Source: Octopus sinensis (lineage: Eukaryota). Taken from it: a DNA stretch of 64,000 nt. Positions 26,501 to 41,425 of this stretch are shown piece after piece (position 1 is the first letter of the stretch; each line of letters begins with the position of its first letter). The position numbers and the translations under genes were made by a program. The notes below the pieces were generated by a model. It saw only the letters and a list, made by a program, of their open reading frames with translations, was not told the origin of the DNA and searched no databases. The stretch lies in the NCBI RefSeq assembly GCF_006345805.1, contig NC_043019.1, positions 18,723,360 through 18,787,359 of the forward strand, in the 5' to 3' direction.

Positions 26501-29500
26501 TTTAGGTGTTTTTGCTCAATAAACACTCACAACGCCCGGTCTGGGAATCAAAACTGCGATCCTACAACTGCGAGTCCGCTGCCTTAACCACTGGACCATT
26601 GCGCCTCCACATATATATATATCTATACACATACAAAACCACAGATAATGGTTTGGGGAAAGAAGCTTCCCTCCCAAACACATGGTGCCAGGTTCAGTTC
26701 CACTGCATGGCACTTAGGGTGAGTGTCTTCTACTACAGCCTTGGTCCAACCAAAGCTCTGTGAGTGTGTGTGTGTGTGTGTGTTACTGCCTTCTTGCCTT
26801 CACAACTATCGTATGATCGTTCAAATGAATGTTACGGTCATAAAAAATGATGTCTTTCATCTCCAATTTTCTGTGAAAACATGTCTGGCTACAGGGTAAA
26901 AGTGTAAAAATGACCTTACTTAGAAACAGACAAGGGTTGGCAACATGAAGGGTGCCCAACCTTAGAAAATCTGCTTCAGCAAATTCTGTCCATTCCATGT
27001 GAGCACGGAAAGATAGACATGATGATGATGATGATGATGACACACACACATACACATATGTACATACACATATGTACATACACATATGTACATACACATG
27101 AAGAAGCATATCTGTTTACACATATATATATATATATATTTTCTTTGTTTATCTGCATAATTGCCTCCATATCTACTCACTTGGATTCCCCTTATAATCA
27201 TTCTTTACTCCACGGAAATGGTCCCTCCTAAAGACATCACAGTCTAAGTTCAAATCCTTTGAGCACTACAAAGTGTTTTCTATGCTGAAAATCTTTGGAT
27301 CTCATCTGTTGACTCTGCATTCAGACATATGCGCAGGTACATTACAATATATTCCTGATGCACATAATGGGCTGAGTATACCTGTTGTAATTTAGTCATC
27401 CATAGTCTCATATATTTCAGAATAAAATTCCTTCTTCAGATATTCTTTGATGGAGTTGCTGCTATAATCGGTTTTCTAACGGCTTTTCTTTTTATATTTT
27501 GTTTTAATTTCTGTATTAGGATAATATGTTTGACGTCAAACTGGTAAAGTCGTTAAGACATAGGTAAATTCCTTGCAGTATTTACAGCTGTTGCATGCCT
27601 GTTGTCCCATATTTTTTGCCCCTTCCATTTCTACACACCTTGCACACCGAGGGCCCCACCTCATCAACCTTATTACCCTTATTTATCCCTCTGCAGCCAT
27701 TACTGATTTTTTCTCTCCCTTTCAAATACCCCACTCCCACCCTTCCCTCATACCTTGACCCTCATCTCTTTGTATAAAACCCTCCCCATATTCTCGTGTT
27801 TCATGATCTTACAAGCTGGTTTTGACACAAAAATGTAGCCAGTACCATAGGCAGTGAGTGCAGTGGATGGCATTAGGAAAAGCATCTGACCATGTAAACC
27901 ATGCTAAAGCAGTTCCTGCCAATGTGTCCAATCCATGCTAGCATGGAACATGGATGTTAAGGCCTGGGGCTATAGTAGAAGACACTTGCCCAAGCTATCA
28001 CATATGTAGGACTGAAGCCATTTGGTTAGGAAGCAAACTTCTCAACCAGACAGCCACATCTGCTGCCCCTTTGCTTAATGATGGTAATTATTGAAATTAA
28101 GTCAAGAATATTCTTTTCAAAGAAACGGGAAGGATCTGGCACCCATTACAGAACCTCCTGTAGCATGTAGCCATTTTCAAATAGTAGCGCCAATTTGTGG
28201 TAGCTGGCAATACGATGTAATGTCATATTGCCAAAGAAATATGATTGTCGTTTTTTCCATTGGTTGAAATAACTGCTCATATAGGAATTCTAAAAATTAG
28301 TTAAAGAATATTTTTATGGGATTTCGATTCTTTAAAGTCAAGTTGAGCAATTATAAAAACCCTGGATTTTGGGGAAAACTTTAGTGTTTGTGGGATGTAA
28401 CTAAACTCCATGACACTCACTCCTTTGAGACATTGGTTATTTTTTTATGCCATGTTTATGAAAAATCCAACACTCCTTTAACAGAACATTGAGAAACGCC
28501 AAGGTTGATAGTTTGTTGCTTTAAACTTTTATTACAGCAAATACCAAATTGGATTAAAAACATAATTCTCTGAGAATTAGAAAGAATTAGCTTTGGCCAA
28601 GGATTAGCTTTTTCCTTTAGAGTATTTAGAGTCCAATGTTGTTTTAGCTCCAAACCCCAATAAATTTGGTGCAAAGTCGGATAAAATAAACCCAATTCCC
28701 TTTAGAAATATCCCATTGTTATCTTTCATATTTTACTTGTTTCAGTTACTGGACTGTGGCCAAGCTGGGGCACCACCTTGAAGGCTTTTAGTTGAACAAA
28801 TCAATGCTAGAACTTATGGGTTTTAAATCTGATACTTATTCTGTTGGTCTATCTTGCCAAACTGCTAAGTTAGAGGGTCATAAACAAACCAGCACTGGCT
28901 GTCAGGCAGAGGGGGTGGGGAACACTACAAAAACATTCAGACAAATGGATGTCTGTATGGCTTTTACCTTTTACCTGTTTCAGTCATTAGACGGTGGCCA
29001 TGCTGGGGCACAACCTTGAAAAAATTTTTAGTCAAAGGAACGAACATTTTTGTTTTTGAGCGTAATACTTATTTTATTGATCTCATTCTGCTGAATTGCT
29101 AAATTATGGAGACAGGAAGAAACCAACAACAGTTGTCTGGGAGGGGGTGACCAAACACACACACGCATGGCAGGCTTCTTTCAGTTTCCATCTACCAAAT
29201 CCTCCACAAGGCTCTGGCCTGCCTGAGACTATAGTAGAAGACACTTGCCCAAGGTGTCACAGTGGGACTGAACCTGGAACGATGTGGTTGGGAAGCAAGC
29301 TTCTTACCACACAGCCACCACTGCACTTTATATAAATATATATATGTATGTATATCTCAAGAACAGTGGAGAAAAATTGTCAATGGCTCCATAGAGAGTA
29401 AATGGCCTACAGAAGTATAGATACAGTGGAAAAACTGCAAGGAAAAACAATTGCAGAGAGAAAAGTAAGGCACTTTAAGCTTGACAAATCAAAACAAAAT

Positions 29501-32500
29501 TGTCCTTACCTGAAGTTGTTTTCTAGAAAATTGCTGTAATAAAGAAAACAAGGAAAAAGATGTAAAGTAATTTAAGTCAGTATAAAATTTGCAAGATCCT
29601 ACCCAAACGCCTAAAGTTTCACCCTTACAAACGGCCACAAGTGAAAAGCTTCAGCCGAAAGATAATGAAATGGGATTTGAATTTTGTGAGAAAATCCAGG
29701 AATGGAGGATAAGGATAACCTGCTGAGAGCAAAAAATCATTTCCAGTGCTGAGGCAATGTTTCATTGTACAACAAAGTCAATAGGTATAACAGTCGATAT
29801 GGGGGCTGGAATTTCCACACACAGCCCAGGAAATTGAGTGAGACTGACCAAAAGTTAATGTGTTTTGTGCCATATCAGAGAGGACAGTGTTTGGCCTTTT
29901 CTTCTTTTAATGAGGAACTGTTACTGGACAAAGTTATCTGGAGATGCTGACCAATTGGATGTTTCCACAACTAGCTGCTGACGGTGATGACTGTCGGATT
30001 TATCACCAAGCACTTGCCAAACAGATGGATTGGTTGTGCTAGACATCAGGTGCTCGGCAAGTGGCCTGAAAGGTCACTGGACCTAACTGTGTGACTTCTT
30101 TCTTTGGAAGTATGCAAAGAGCACAGTTTGCGTATCACCTCTCCTTGCAACCCTGGAGATGCTAAAAATTTTGAAGACTGAAGCAGTTTGCATGCTAACT
30201 CCCGATATGCTACTGAGCGTTTTGATTGAACTGGACTATTGCATCGATGTTTTCTGAGGGGCACATATTGAGTGCCTTTAATGCTAACCTCTACTACATG
30301 AAACTGAATGAAATCCTGTATCCAAAACTACTAACTGTGAAAGAGTATTACAATAAATTTACATGTCTTATCTGTTTGAAATAAGGGATTATTTTTGCCG
30401 ATACCCTGCATATTTAATCATCCCATAAATAATGCAGTTTTTTCTATTGCAAGAACTAAAAGTCAGAAGGGTGATGGGATAAACCACCTGCATCAACTTG
30501 CTATAAAAGCAGTAATTTTACTTTGTACTTATTCTTAGTGCAAGTTTTGAAGAGTGCAGTTCAGTTTTAACTGTCATTTTTTTCAAAACTGTAATGGAAG
30601 TGACAAAGGAGCATATTCAGCATATTTTGCTTTATGAATTTGATAAAGGCAAAAATACAATGGAAAGTGTGAGGAATATTAATGTGGTATAAGGGGATCG
30701 GACAATAAGTGTAAGCCAGTGTCAATGGTGGTTCCAGAAATTCAAAGCCTAGAAGACGAGCTACATCCTGGAAGATCTGTAGAGCTTGACAAGGACATCC
30801 TACAAACCCTGGTGGAAGAAAATTCAATTGTAACTGTTGAGGAACTAGCAGAGAAGTTTGGATTTGGTCATTCAACCATTCATCAACACCTGCATGCCAT
30901 CGGAAAAGTCAGCAAATTGGATCAGTGGGTTCCTCACAAACTTTCCGACTTTAATTGCGTGTAGAAGGTGAATGTGTGCTCTTCTTTGCTGTTACATCTC
31001 ACGAATGAACCTTTTTGGGACCAAATAGTGACTGGTGACGAGAAATGGGTTCTCTATAAAAATGTCATGCACTGAAGATAGTGAGTAGGGAAAGGAGAAA
31101 CACTGGTACCCCGGGCTAAAGAAGGCCTTCCCCCCACATAAGGTGTTGTTATCTGTTTGGTAGGATATGAAAGGCTTAGTCGACTTTGAACTTTTAAATC
31201 CAAACCAAATGATAACAAAGGAGATCTACAGTGAGCAGCTTGAGAGGCTTAAGTCAGCGCTAAAAGAAAAATGACCATCTTTGGTTTCAAGGCAAAAGGT
31301 GTTCTTCCATCAGGATAATGCTTAGCCACATACAGCAAGGATGACATTCCAAAGGCTGGAGCAGGTTGAATGGGAAACGATGCCCCACCCACCATATTTG
31401 CCAGACATTGCCCCATCTGATTAGCATTTATTCCGCAGTCTTCAAAATCATTTGGATGGAAAAAATATGAGTTTTGTAGACAAGGTCAGAACAGTACTGG
31501 AGGAATATTTTTCATCACAGACAAGGGAATTTTGGAAGAGGGGCCTTGTAAGTCTACCAGACAGATGGAAGAGCACTGTAGAAAATGAAGGAGAGAATAT
31601 TTTAGATTAAAAAAGAACTTTGCTTATCTTAATTTTGAAAAATAAAATTTGAAAAATAAAAGAAGTATAAAAAATTCACCATTATTTCTGGGATGAGCCA
31701 AAACATTTATATGCGATGTCTGATCCCAAAATATCAGGACAGATGTTGCCAAAAGATAATTACAGCACAAATCAATTTAGCATTTAATCTCCTTCAAAAT
31801 ATTCCTCTTCCAAAGCCACACACTTTATCCATTGAAGGAAGCATTCCTGGAATTCCATGCTAGGAATAGCAAGCAGCTGCCTTGTCTGATTTTCTTGGAT
31901 TAGCTTGGCATCTTGAAATCTTGTTGGGTGTCTTCCATTGCAAAGACTGAGCCTTGATTTTGGGGTCATAGCCACAGACCCATGATTTGTCACCTGTTAT
32001 GACCATTTTCAAAATGTCTTCATCTTCCTTGACAAAAGGAGAAGCTGCACAGCTGGAACCTGGTTTTCTTTTCAAGACAACCAAACTCAACACACTTTAC
32101 TTCCAAGCGATGCCACAAACAACAGAAGCGAGTGAGAACATTTTAACTTAGAGTGTCTGCACAACAAGGTCAATTGGTGCCAAGAAGCTCCACTCTGCAA
32201 GCTTTGGTTCCATTAGCAGAGCAATGGTCCCAAGATTTCTTGATTGGGCCACTTACATACATGCATAGCTGTGTGGTTAAAAGTTAACTTTGCAATCAGG
32301 GTGGTCTGGGTTCCACTCCATTCCACTAAGTCAAGCATAGCTATGTTATCAGGAAGCTTCAGATTCAAACAATCAGGGTAGACTGTCTCAGTTCAGCAAC
32401 CAATATATTTGCCTTCATGCTGAAGGGTAAGACTTTATAATCATTGAACAAGAAGCAACAAGACATCTGATACACAAAAGGATTGGGACACAAGTAAGGA

Positions 32501-35500
32501 ACAATCAAATGAAACAATCAATGCAAACTCTGTGGAATTAACATTGAAGACGTGATCCATACCTTAAGTAGCTGTCATCACAGAATTACATGTGAGGCCT
32601 GACATAGCAACCAATGTAATTTACAGAGAAGATAATGCTGAAGCCTGACATATTATAAGAAGTTGCTGTGATATGGAGGACAAATTTGTTGAAAATATAA
32701 AAGAATACCCGAAGAATGTCAAAATCTCTGTACAGAGCAGACATAAGGCTCTGGGATGCACAAAAGAAATTGTGCACAGCAGAAATCAACAGACATTAGC
32801 ATATTGTGAAAGATCATAGAAAAAAAAAAGAACAAAAACCTACATTTATGCCAAACTAATGAGAAATAGAGAGATATCACATGAGCTAGTCTATAGCTTT
32901 AAAGTTATAGCTGTGATCATTAGAGAATTGATGATGTAACAAACAGCCTCAGAACCAATCTACAGAAGTTAGGATTCACTTAGCCAGAGAAGATGCAACT
33001 GTGATAATTGCATTAAGTTACCAATTTGTATCTTCCTTATTGATCAGTTTAATATAGTGAAACTTACTGAATTTGAACTATGTTATCTAATGAATATCAA
33101 ACTCTCAAGTAAGCCTCAAGGTTACATTCTTCTGAGGGAGAAGTGGGCTGGAAGGCAGCCATGAAGGGAAATGTCACCTGGAAACAAGCACAAAACTCTT
33201 GTTTTGAAACTTATGGCATTTAGCTTAATAAATCTCAAAAGTTTTTTGAGAGTCTTACTTAACAGCAACTAATTAGAAAATTGAAATAACAAGTTAATTC
33301 AGGAAACTGTGAAAGTACATAAAATATTCTATAAATTTATCCTGAAGAATATGCAGCAATACCTTTCCAAACACAAATGAATGTATAAACCGTTTCTGTG
33401 TGAATAAGTCCAAGTGACAACGAATCATTCACAGTTGACCAACAAAACTGAACTCAGAATTGCAGAAGCAAAATAAGGATTTTTAATTTAATAAGATCTC
33501 AATTTTATTATTATTGTTATTTTTAATATATTTTCCAATTTTTCTTAACTCCTCTCTCTCTCTCTCATTCTCTCCTGTAAATAGAAACTATATTGAAATA
33601 AATCTCAGTGTACCAAGAATAACAAAACACAACACACACACAAAGCAAGTAATTTCTCCAAACCTTCTCCGAATGACAATATTTAGTTGCTTCTGCCAAA
33701 TCTTTTTCTGCAGTTTCTGTGAATCCAGTCACAAACAATAGTGATGCACGTGTAGCACAAAGCTTCACCAAGTTTTCGCAATTAGTCACAGTCGGGTTCT
33801 TCTCCAGAATCAAAGCCTGCCCAATCGTACAGTAATGGGTCAAAAGTTGTGTGTTGCTACTTGACTCCAGTTTCTTTACTTGATCCATCACATGGTCAAC
33901 ATTGTCGCAGTGATCTACAGAAAGCAATTTTTAAATTTTACATGTGTGTGTGTGTGTGTGTATACACACACACAAACATTCATACATATAAATACAAATA
34001 TGTACATATATCAAATGTGTGTGTGTGTGTGTGTGTGTTGCATAGATGTGGGTGGGTCTTCAAACGGATGGTGCATTTCCAGTCATCCTCATGGTTTGTT
34101 ATCTCCTCTGTCAGGCTTCACCACTTTGTCTCTCCTCTTCCTAGGTCTTCTTCCTCCACAGGTTTGGAGGCTAGAAAGCACAATGTGTTTGTACATACGT
34201 GTGTCCCTTGCCCAATATGTCTCTGCTCCCCCCCCTTGTCCCTACACCACTCATCCTGCCATCACTCTTCTATCTACTGCATTATTCTGCTGCTGTAATT
34301 AACAACATTACTTTTCTCTTCTGCTAATTATCCCTCCCTCCTCTCTGAACCTCTTTCTCCTGTCCTGCATCCTTTAGTCTTACTATTGTACCCCACCTCT
34401 CTTACCCTTATCTACCCATGACCACTGCCACTCCAATTTCTATTCACTTCTCACTTATTATCCACCCCTTACCTGATTCTTCTTTCACTCTGCTCTCCAC
34501 TATTCATCCATTTGGAAGTATAACATTGAAGACATACACTGCTTTCTCAGCACCATCATCATCATCATCATCTCTCTGTCCAGCACCATTCCATATATAT
34601 TGTCAGGTGGCCCTAGATCTCTTTCAACTCAACCCACCTCAATGTCCCCATTTTCATTATCACTAACCCCTTATAGTACCCTTTTTCTTCCCCTACCTAT
34701 TTAGTACATTTTGGTCAAAGTCTTTAGTCCCATTACTTAGCAGTCACTTTCAACATGTCTGTATTTATCTGTACTTCTATGTAACATCCATGGATTAACA
34801 TCTATGGAGAACTGGCCAATGCTTTGCAGTTTCCTTTGCACGTCTGTATGACTCATCAATTCCAATTACATGCAATAAAAGGATGTAAATTGGTGAGTTC
34901 CAAGTACTTTTTGCATATAAAATTCCCCCCAAAACTGAAGTGACCCAGCCCCCTCCCAATACACAAAGATCTAAATGTACATTGAATAAAGTAGAATGAA
35001 CGAAATATGTATAAGTGTGATGGCAGAGCAGTAATGGATGCAGGAAAGAATTCATCTGTGTTCGGTCTTTGTGCAAAATGTTAACAGAAATTTTGATGGG
35101 TGAGAAAAGAGCTGGGCTTTAGACAGGTTATCAGAAAATACAAACAATAAACATATAACCCTTTAGCATTTAATTCAGTCAAAATATTCTCCCTGTTTTA
35201 GGTTAGATCTGACTCCTCACACTTACCCTACAATATCATTTTAAAAACTAAGTTTCCTCATCAAAATTGCAAAGTTACAAGATAATACATAATTAATTCA
35301 AAACGATGGGAATAAATAAGCATCACATTTGACAGAATAATGCAAACGCTAATGGGTTAAACTCTGCTGGCTGTTGTAAATAGGGGATAAATAAGGGGGA
35401 AATAGAGGGTATATAGTGGGTAGAATGTACTTGTGAGGGATATGAGACATTTTGGCAAAGCCATTTTAGCATCGCTGAGTCAATGCTGACTTATTTGCCA

Positions 35501-35511
35501 TCAGATACTTG

Positions 35512-35550
<39 letters not shown>

Positions 35551-38500
35551 CAAATGGCCAGCATCCAGCCAGCTGTTCCCAATTGTCTTATTCCAAGAAG
35601 TAAACAAAGAAACAGACAAAGCAGACCGCTTGACTTCACACAGAAACTGACACAAATCTGAGGCAGGCACACAGTTCAAAACATCATCATCATCATCGTC
35701 ATGTAATGGTCATTTCCCATGTTGGGTTGGATTGTATCATTTGACAGCTCCAACCATTCTTTTTACAGTTGGATGCCCTTCCTAATGCCAACCACTTTAC
35801 AGAATATAATGGCTGCTTTTCTCTGTGACACCAGCACCAGCAATGTCACCAAATAAGTATAAAAAGATGAGAAAGAATAATAGCACAGAAATAAGGATGA
35901 TGACTTTGATGTCAGAGTGTATGGAGAATTCATGCCTGCAGACAACGACGACGACGGCGACTAATACTACTACTACTACTACTACTAATAATAATAATAA
36001 TAATAATCTGGAACTTCCCCATTCAAACTGATAGAAAGATAGACATCATATTGAAAGACTTCAGACAAAGAACATGCCTCCTCATTGATATGACTGTCCC
36101 AATCGATATAAACGTATCTGTCAAGACCTACCAAAAACTGAGCAAATATAAAGATCTTGAAATAGAAATTAGCAAAATGTGGAACCTGAAGACTAAAACA
36201 ATACCTGTTGTCATAGGTGCCCTGGGAATGATAGCGAAAGGGACTGATTGCTACCTAACTCAGATACCAGGAAACCCCAAAATGGCAGAAATTCAAAAGA
36301 TAGTGCTCATGGGAACTGCTCATATCCTACACAAAATACTCTCTATGTACTCTCAAGGTTTAAAACAAACTTTTTTTAAAAATTTATTTATTAGACATTC
36401 ACTAGTACAATACCAAAAAAAAAACAAAAACAAATATATGGCACACTAGGCATAACAACAACGTGAACTTCCAACCTGTTGTCTCTTGAGGTCTCTGGGT
36501 GAGACTTGGAGCCAACTTGTACAAACTTAAAGCAAAAGTCAAACATAGAATAATAATAATAATAATGATAATAATAATGTACACAGGCTCTTCATGAAGA
36601 GAGGTAAAGGTGGATGTGGGCTGATTGGCATACGGGAGTGCATGAACACTGGAGGAAGAAACATGGCAGAATATTTGGTAAACAGCAAAAGAAGACCTGC
36701 TACAGTATGCTGCTAGTGCAAAAGGAGTAAAGAAAAATGGACTTGAGAGTGCTTGTGAATTCCAAACAAGAACAGCCAATGAGAGAGAAGAAACCCTACT
36801 CCATATGGAATTACATGGTCAGTTCCACTGTGAAACCAACAAATTAAAGGACCAGGGACCATCATGGAGGTGGCCCAACATGGGTGACCTAAACAAGAAT
36901 ACTGAAAGCCTAATCCTTGTGGCCCAGGACCAGGCACTGAATACCAGCTCAGTGAAAAAGAATATATACCACTCAAGTGCCATTGGACCTCTGCAGCATG
37001 TGTGGGGAGAGGGTCGAAAGTGTGACTCACATTGTTAGTGCTTGTGAAAGTCTGGCACAGAAAGAGTACAAGCGTAGACATGATAAAGTAGCCCAAAACC
37101 TCCACTGGCTACTTTGCTGTAAGTATGCATATGAGGTTATGGGTGCTTGGTACCAAGATACACCGGAAAAAGTAACGGACGGAAAGGGGAAGGCAAAAAT
37201 CCCCAGGGACTTTGATTTCCAGACAAACAAAGTGTTAGAGTATCGAAGGCTGAATATAGTAACCTTTAGGAGGGAGAAACAAGAGAGCCTAATAATTGAC
37301 GTGGCTGTGCCAGGAGATCGACATATCATCATGAAAGAAAGAGAAAAAGTTGATAAATATGGAGAGCTGAGAATTGAGATTGCTAAGATGTGGCAGCTAC
37401 GAGAGTCAGATGTAAAGGTTGTCCCTACTGTCATCGGAGCACTGGGTTCAATTCCACCCAATCTGAAGAAAAAACATCTGGAAACCTTAGAGATACCCTA
37501 CAATCTAGGTGTATTGCAACTGTTGGCATTACTTGGAATTGCATGCATATTGCATAAAGTAGTGTCTGTCTGAGGTCCTTTTTGTGACTTGACAAACAGT
37601 GCAAACCCCTCTGTACACACAATATCTTCAATCAACAACTTCACGAGGATGTATACTGTGCAACGTCTATAATTAATAATAATAATGTTCTTCTGCCCAT
37701 GTAGGACGGATACTTTATAAGCTGGTCAGTTTTATAGGGTCTCACCGAATGCTTCATGGCCAGCTCTTCCGTTTTGCAAAGGACCGAGATAGTACCAAAA
37801 CTTTGGGCCCTTTGAATGAATTTGAATTCCTTTCTGATTGATCTCAGTGCCATCTCCACTTGAAGGTGGGAGGGGTGTTCTGCTCTCCAAGACTGCATAG
37901 AGATGCACCTATACTTTACTGTCCTCCACTTTGGCTGGGGTTGCAAGGTTAGCCCAGGTTTTTTCTCTTTTTATGAGTTTCTGGGCCTGGGCTAACATCT
38001 CTTTCACAATCACACACTTACACATACACACGCATGCACACATACACACATATGCTCATTCACACATACACACACTCAGTTATACAATCTCACTCTCATA
38101 TACAGTCACACACACACATACACGTATTCACATACATATCCTCTCACATACTCATGCAAGCGCACGTGCACTCACACACATACTCTCTCACACACATGCA
38201 CACACAATCATGAACACATGCAGTGACACACACACACACACTCACACACATACAATCATGCACACACACACTCACTCTCTCACTCACTCATGTGAGAAAG
38301 AGAGTTACGATGACGCAGGAGCCAGGGGATCCAACCAACCGAACACCGTTCTCATGAAATTAATGTGCAAGTGGCTGAGCACTCCACAGACCTATGTACC
38401 CACAAAGTAGTTTTCAAGGAGATCAAGCATAATATAGAATGACCGGCCCTTTGAAATACAGGTACATCTCATTTTTGCCAGGTGAGTGGAGTGGAGCAAA

Positions 38501-41134
38501 GTGAAATAAAGTGTCTTGCTCAAGGACACAACACGTCGCCGGGAATTGAACTCACGACCTTACGACACACCTTCACTCACTGACCGTAATGATAAACACC
38601 AGTCTCTGCTGGCCTTGGGTTGAGCTATTCACTCAAAGTTCATAATTTTTATGTCTATACAAACATCCACTTTCAACTATCTACATACTAGATGCTGGCA
38701 TATTTTATTAATTCACTTATAGCTTTGTTTTAATTAACATTCCAGCAACAGTAGATACAAGAATACTAGAGAAGGATGGTAAGGAGGTGATGGAGGTGGA
38801 GGAAGATGAAGGTGAGGGAGAGAAGAGGAAGGCAAAGAGGAGGAGAATGACAAAGACAGCAACAACATTCACGAAGGAAATTCAACTGCATATCTTACTG
38901 ATATTTTCCACTTTGAGAAGTGCTCCTGGCAGCCTTACAATGGAGACTAGATCCTCTGCCTTTCGGCCTTGAGAGTCTTTCATTGATTTTTTGATTCCTT
39001 TCTTCAGCAAGAGTTTCATAACTTTTATGTAAAATTGAACATCTTCAACTTCAGTTTGTACCAAGGAATGCAGCAGAGTCTCGTTTCTGGCGTTCACCAC
39101 GTTGATGTTCTTGTTGTTAAGGCAGTAATCTAAAGCATCAAGACAACCTGGTGGCAAGAAATAAACAAAGAAATACATGAACAGATTTATAGATTTATTT
39201 AAATGAGTCATAGCGGTGAGGTTGAGGGTGGTTTGTTTCTAATTTAGACACAAAGCTAATGATTTTTGATGGGCTACTTTAATTAATACCACTGAGCTCA
39301 AACCTTGACAGGCCCTTTATTTTATCGACTCTGAAAAGATGAAAAGCAAAGTAGAGCTTAGCAGAATCTGAACTCAGAATAGAAAGAGACAGAATAATGG
39401 CTGCAATGCTCTCGTGATTCTGTCAACCCGCAACCCTTATATGCTCTGATACATGAGGAAATTGTCAATTAGTTTGACATAACAAGATACACACGAGAAA
39501 GTTCCATGACATGGACCAAACAACAGATCCAACAATACCCTGAGTACCAAGGGAAAGCATTCACTATCTGACAAGCCCATTCATTCAGACTATGATTCCC
39601 ACTCTTATCTGCTCTTTAACAAATATGGCCAGAGCCCCCAACCCGTCACTGGCTCCATCCGAATGCAGCTGATGCCAAGTCTGCCTGACTGGCTCCCGTG
39701 CCAGTGACACGTAAAAAGCATCATCTGAACATGACCAATGCCAGTACCCACTGACTGGCCCCTGTACCGGTGGCACATAAAAAGCACTATCCGCACGTGA
39801 TCAATTCCAGGCCCACCTGACAGACTCCTGTGCTGGTAGCACATAAAAAAACACCCACTACACTCTCAGTGTGGTTGACATTAGGAAGGGCATCCAGCCG
39901 TAGAAACATTGCCAGATCAGATTGGAGCCTGGTGCAGCCTTCTGGCTTCCCAGACGCCGGTCGAACCGTCCAACCCATGCCAGCATGGAAAACGGACTTT
40001 AAACAATGATGAGGATGACTGAAGCACAGCATCTTCCTCTTCAATTGAAACTTGCAAAAATCAATGAGAACTTTACCAAAGAGGCATCCAGCTTCAGTGC
40101 CTTCAGTTGTGTTTACCATACATAAATTTCATCTGGCATAGCTTCCAGACAGAGAGAAATAACTTGCTGTTTGCAGCTAAAGGAAGGTGGGGCAACCTAA
40201 ATGATGGGGTCAGCTAAGAGCCAGATCCTTTCGATATAATTCTGTAAGTCAGAATGCAAAGATAATGAATGATTGCATACAAAATGATTTTGTCAGTCTG
40301 TGTGCATCTGAGAAAGGCCAAGCTGATGGTAGTTCCATACTTGTAGAGTAAAGATTTAATTAAACTCATTTACAAAACAATCACATTTTACAAACAGGAG
40401 TAAGTTCCTTTTCTTTGCTTTCATTCTTTTGTATGTTTCCCATGCTTAAACAAATATGTAAATATATAAAAAAGAACAATACAAACGGGGTTTGAAATGT
40501 ATTCTTTTATATTCAAGCTGCATTTAGAACCAATATTGAGTCAGATCTACAGTTTAAATCAGACTTGGAACTTACCTATATACATCTACATACCTGCAAT
40601 ATACTACCAACACAGGATACTTCATGGCTGTTTTAATTCACTGTGAAACCTATGTTATTGTGCCTAGCCAATTCTGGCACCCTACATGTTGATGAGCTTA
40701 GACCCTAATGAATCCTATAACCAATCTATATATACACACACACATAAATAAAAGAGGTAAAGACTGAAATCCTTCAAAGGGATGTCCACTGGAATGGTTT
40801 TATATTTTTTTCTGGTTTTGAATATCTGGCATTCTTGTTATCTTTCACTAATTTGTTCATTCTCGTCTGGGCTCCGAAAGTTCTTTGCATATTTTTGTTG
40901 GTTGTAATTATTCCAACCAGTATGGAATTCCTGACGAAAAATTTAATTTTTATTTCATGAAGAGTTTTTTGGGTGTGTTTCAGAGTCTGATTAATTCCAA
41001 AGACAATTTCTAGAATGTATATTGGTTCCAGACCAACTTGGATTATGAACTAAACTTCATCTACACTTACAATTTTTCCTTTCCTTATACTTCATTTATC
41101 TCTCTCTCTCTCTCTCTCTCTCTGTATATATATA

Positions 41135-41173
<39 letters not shown>

Positions 41174-41376
41174 ATGTGTGTGTGTGACCGCATGTGTATC
41201 ATTGGCGATTTTTTCCTCCGTCTTCCCTTCCTTGGATCTTTCCTTTTTCTATGTTTCTGACAAAGAGCTCTGCTCAAAACGTTAAATCCTCCTCCTTTCC
41301 TGAGCATCCAATAACACTATACTTGTTCTATGTCCTCACGTTGTTGTGTTTTCTCTTTGTGTTTTCATGTTTGGAT

Positions 41377-41425
<49 letters not shown>

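Noticed and set aside
26520-26608. tRNA gene
   Set aside because: A/B boxes are present but continue into a SINE body found in several copies; no clean cloverleaf.
28155-28289. Open minus-strand frame after an AG (NSYMSSYF...)
   Set aside because: No convincing donor or TRANK1 similarity, and it does not supply the needed phase change.
40770-41045. Open minus-strand frame of about 85 codons
   Set aside because: No good splice sites or recognisable domain; probably a decayed retroelement piece.
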